Source: an uncultured Clostridia bacterium (GTDB lineage: Bacteria; Aerophobota; Aerophobia; Aerophobales; B3-G15). From it: 60,429 nt of DNA. The notes below the pieces were generated by a model, which did not search any database, was not told the origin of the DNA, and saw only the letters and a list, made by a program, of their open reading frames with translations. The stretch covers positions 1-60,429 of the forward strand of contig CAYZYX010000005.1 of assembly GCA_964482715.1 (NCBI GenBank). The letters are read 5' to 3'. Below, piece by piece: positions 58,364 through 60,429 of this stretch. The translations under genes and the position numbers were made by a program. The stretch's first letter is position 1, and each line of letters starts with the position of its first letter.

Positions 58364-59653
58364 TTAATCCTCTAATTTTCCCATAGCCTTAATCAAAGCA
58401 GCCTTTGCAAGATTATAATCGTACAATGCCTTGCTGTAATTTAATTTTGCTCTGGTAAGAGCGAGATTGGTGTCAAGCACTTCTATCTGAGTTATAGTTC
58501 CGTTTCTGTATCTTCCCTCCGCAATGGATAAAGCCTCCTCTGCTTGTTGGACGTTTTTTTCCTGAGCAAAAAGAGTCTCCCTTGCTGCCTGCATATCCCA
58601 GAAAGCCTTTTTCACTTCCAGTGTGATCGTATCCTCCAGCTGGTTTACCATGAGCTTTACCTGTTCTAACCGGGATTTTTCTTGTTCAATAATGGCTTTT
58701 GTTCTACCAGAATCAAAAAAGGGGAAAGAAAGAACAAGACTTATACTCCAGTTTTTTTCCCAATCAGTGTTTGCCTCTCCCGGGCTGGTAAACTCATAAT
58801 TACCGGTCAGGGAAAGAACTGGCAAATTCCGGTATCTGGCAATTTTTAAAGAAAACATAGCCATCTTCATGTTTAGAAGAACGCTTTTCAGATCACTTCT
58901 ATTATTAAGAGCGATATCGATGGCTTCATTCAAGGTTAAATGTAGGGGTTCGAACTTCAGTTTACCCTCAATTTCCAAGGAAGAGGAGGAAATTGATAGA
59001 ATACTGGCTAACCTCTCCTTAGCCATGTTTAGATTGTTCCTTGCCTGGATCAGATTTGGCTTAAGATTGGCCACCTCGACTTTTGCTCTTAAAAGATCAA
59101 AACGAGAAGCTCTCCCTGATTGATAAAAAGATTCCACCATTTTGAGATGAAGTTCTGCCTGATTTAGAGCTTGCTCTGCTATTTTGAGGTTTTCTCTGGC
59201 CAAAAGAACAGAGTAAAAGCTCTCTTTTACCTGGAAGATAAGATCTTTCTTAACAGCAGAGAGATCTTCTTCGGTCTTTTGGTAGTTTAAGTTAGCCTGC
59301 TGGTAAGCGAGTGAAAGTTTTCCGCTCGTGTACACTGGCTGGGTAAGAGAAAAAGAAAAAGAAGTGGTGTCCTGTTCTCCCATTTCCAGCTCACCTATAT
59401 AGGGAATAGAAATAGAGGGAACCTCTCCAAAATGAGTGTAGATCCCGTTTAACCTGAGAGAGGGGAAAAATTCGGCAACTGCTCCTTTTATCCTGTGCTG
59501 TGCCTCTTTCACTTTTTCTTCAGCAAGAAGAATGCGAAGGTTATTTTTTAAAGCAATATCTATTGCCTCTTCTAAGGTAATTGCCTGCAAGCTATTGTGC
59601 AAGAGAAAAAAAGAGAAAGAAAAAACCACCGCAAAAAGAAGCTCTTTTCTCAT
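58364..59653 (-). CDS. TolC-family outer membrane efflux channel
   Basis: TLEEAIDIALKNN, PSL, QPVYTSG, RYRNG..TQIEVLD. Confidence 0.92.
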   Translation of the reverse strand: MRKELLFAVVFSFSFFLLHNSLQAITLEEAIDIALKNNLRILLAEEKVKEAQHRIKGAVAEFFPSLRLNGIYTHFGEVPSISIPYIGELEMGEQDTTSFSFSLTQPVYTSGKLSLAYQQANLNYQKTEEDLSAVKKDLIFQVKESFYSVLLARENLKIAEQALNQAELHLKMVESFYQSGRASRFDLLRAKVEVANLKPNLIQARNNLNMAKERLASILSISSSSLEIEGKLKFEPLHLTLNEAIDIALNNRSDLKSVLLNMKMAMFSLKIARYRNLPVLSLTGNYEFTSPGEANTDWEKNWSISLVLSFPFFDSGRTKAIIEQEKSRLEQVKLMVNQLEDTITLEVKKAFWDMQAARETLFAQEKNVQQAEEALSIAEGRYRNGTITQIEVLDTNLALTRAKLNYSKALYDYNLAKAALIKAMGKLED

Positions 59654-60108
59654 TGTTTGCCTCTTTTTTCCTCATTACAAATTCTCTGATGAAGGACTTG
59701 AAGTATCTGCAGAAACTTCTTTCTTTCAGTCTGATTGAAGTATCTCAAGACAGACATTATTTTTTCCTTTTTTGTCCTCTCAATTTTTCTTACCACTTCG
59801 TCTCCATAGGGAGTGAGAGTTACCCTTATAATTCTCCTGTCAGAAGGATCAAATTTTCTTGTCACAAGATTTTTTTCAACGAGTTTGTCTACAATCCGGG
59901 TAAGAGTGCTAAGTTGAACTCCACAGGCCTCGCCCAGCTGACTCATCATAGGCTCTTTTAAAAGATATATCTGCCTTAGAACTTCAAGCTGGTGAAAATT
60001 AAGATCCACATCAATTACTTTCCCCGTCTCCTTCATCCCAAAAATCCTTGTTATATCTGACATCAGCCTGTCAAGGAGCTCTGCCTGCTTTTGAATTTCA
60101 TCCTCCAT
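59650..60108 (-). CDS. MarR family regulator
   Basis: LTRIVDKLVEKNLV, DPSDRR, LTPYG. Confidence 0.93.
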   Translation of the reverse strand: MEDEIQKQAELLDRLMSDITRIFGMKETGKVIDVDLNFHQLEVLRQIYLLKEPMMSQLGEACGVQLSTLTRIVDKLVEKNLVTRKFDPSDRRIIRVTLTPYGDEVVRKIERTKKEKIMSVLRYFNQTERKKFLQILQVLHQRICNEEKRGKQ

Positions 60109-60156
60109 AATTTTTCCTTATTAGAAAATTTTCAAAAAGAAAATATAAAAAATTGC

Positions 60157-60192
60157 AAATTTTATTATAATAAAATTTTTTAATACCGTCAA
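60157..60192 (-). promoter_or_regulatory. Promoter of the marR-RND operon with an overlapping palindromic operator
   Basis: Minus strand TTGACG, 17 bp, TATAAT; perfect 22-bp palindrome AAATTTTATTATAATAAAATTT (60157-60178) covers the -10. Confidence 0.72.
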
Positions 60193-60245
60193 TAATTTAA
60201 CTCTAACATGGAACATTTTTTCTCATGAAGATAAAGGCCGCCGGA

Positions 60246-60429
60246 GATATCTTGCAAGCAAGCTTTTTTTGGCGAGCAGCCGGCCTTCACATGGTAGCCA
60301 ATGTTGCACCCACAAAAAGGAAAGGCCTGCTGCACTAAAATGATGGGTGAGATAAAACCTGTGCGAAAGCATCTTTTTTGCCCCGAGAAAGCAGCGAGCG
60401 AAGCTATGCCAGCGGGAAATATTTTCCCT
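60246..60429. repeat. Structured intergenic repeat, copy 2 (probably cut by the window end)
   Basis: Shares blocks GATAT, TTTTTGGCGAGCAG, TTGCAC, AAAAAG, AGGCC, CACTAAAATGAT, GGTGAGATAAA, CCT and TGCGA with 47550-47672 at near-constant spacing. Confidence 0.75.

Noticed and set aside
1-60429. CRISPR array, rRNA, integrase/transposase, prophage or defence genes
   Set aside because: No regularly spaced direct repeats or matching ORFs were seen in the window

Overview
A chromosomal segment from an AT-rich bacterium that is probably diderm, anaerobic and saccharolytic. The diderm call rests on TolC, LpxB-like and WaaL-like genes and on sugar-binding proteins with cleavable, non-lipoprotein signal peptides. 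The gene style resembles candidate-phylum lineages such as Aerophobetes or Atribacterota, but that is inference only. Layout: (1) tRNA-Lys at the window edge, then a ~22 kb plus-strand accessory catabolic region. It holds two ATPase-less sugar ABC systems, two iron-type alcohol dehydrogenases, a cysK relic, a FadR regulator, a split transketolase, a Gfo/Idh/MocA oxidoreductase, a class III aminotransferase, a fucose-isomerase-fold protein, an ArgE/DapE deacylase, two UroD/MtaA-fold proteins, an IolO-like epimerase and a LarA-family racemase, but no sugar kinase. (2) tRNA-Gly, tRNA-Leu, tig-clpP-clpX, V/A-type ATPase A-B-D only, and an envelope glycosylation block (GT4, three tandem GT2, two LpxB-like, one O-antigen-ligase-like). 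(3) A minus-strand aroE-aroC-aroKB-aroQ-pheA-aroF-aroA operon without tyrA, running on into a TPR protein, panC and pilT. (4) A HAD phosphatase, a third sugar ABC system, HIT-nadE, and a MarR-TolC-MFP-RND-PII-like operon. The best candidates for novelty are the kinase-free catabolic gene set, the twin LpxB-like glycolipid block, and a ~125-225 nt structured intergenic element present in two diverged copies (~47.5 kb and ~60.3 kb). No CRISPR array, rRNA, integrase or transposase was seen. All protein calls come from motif recognition, not database searches.
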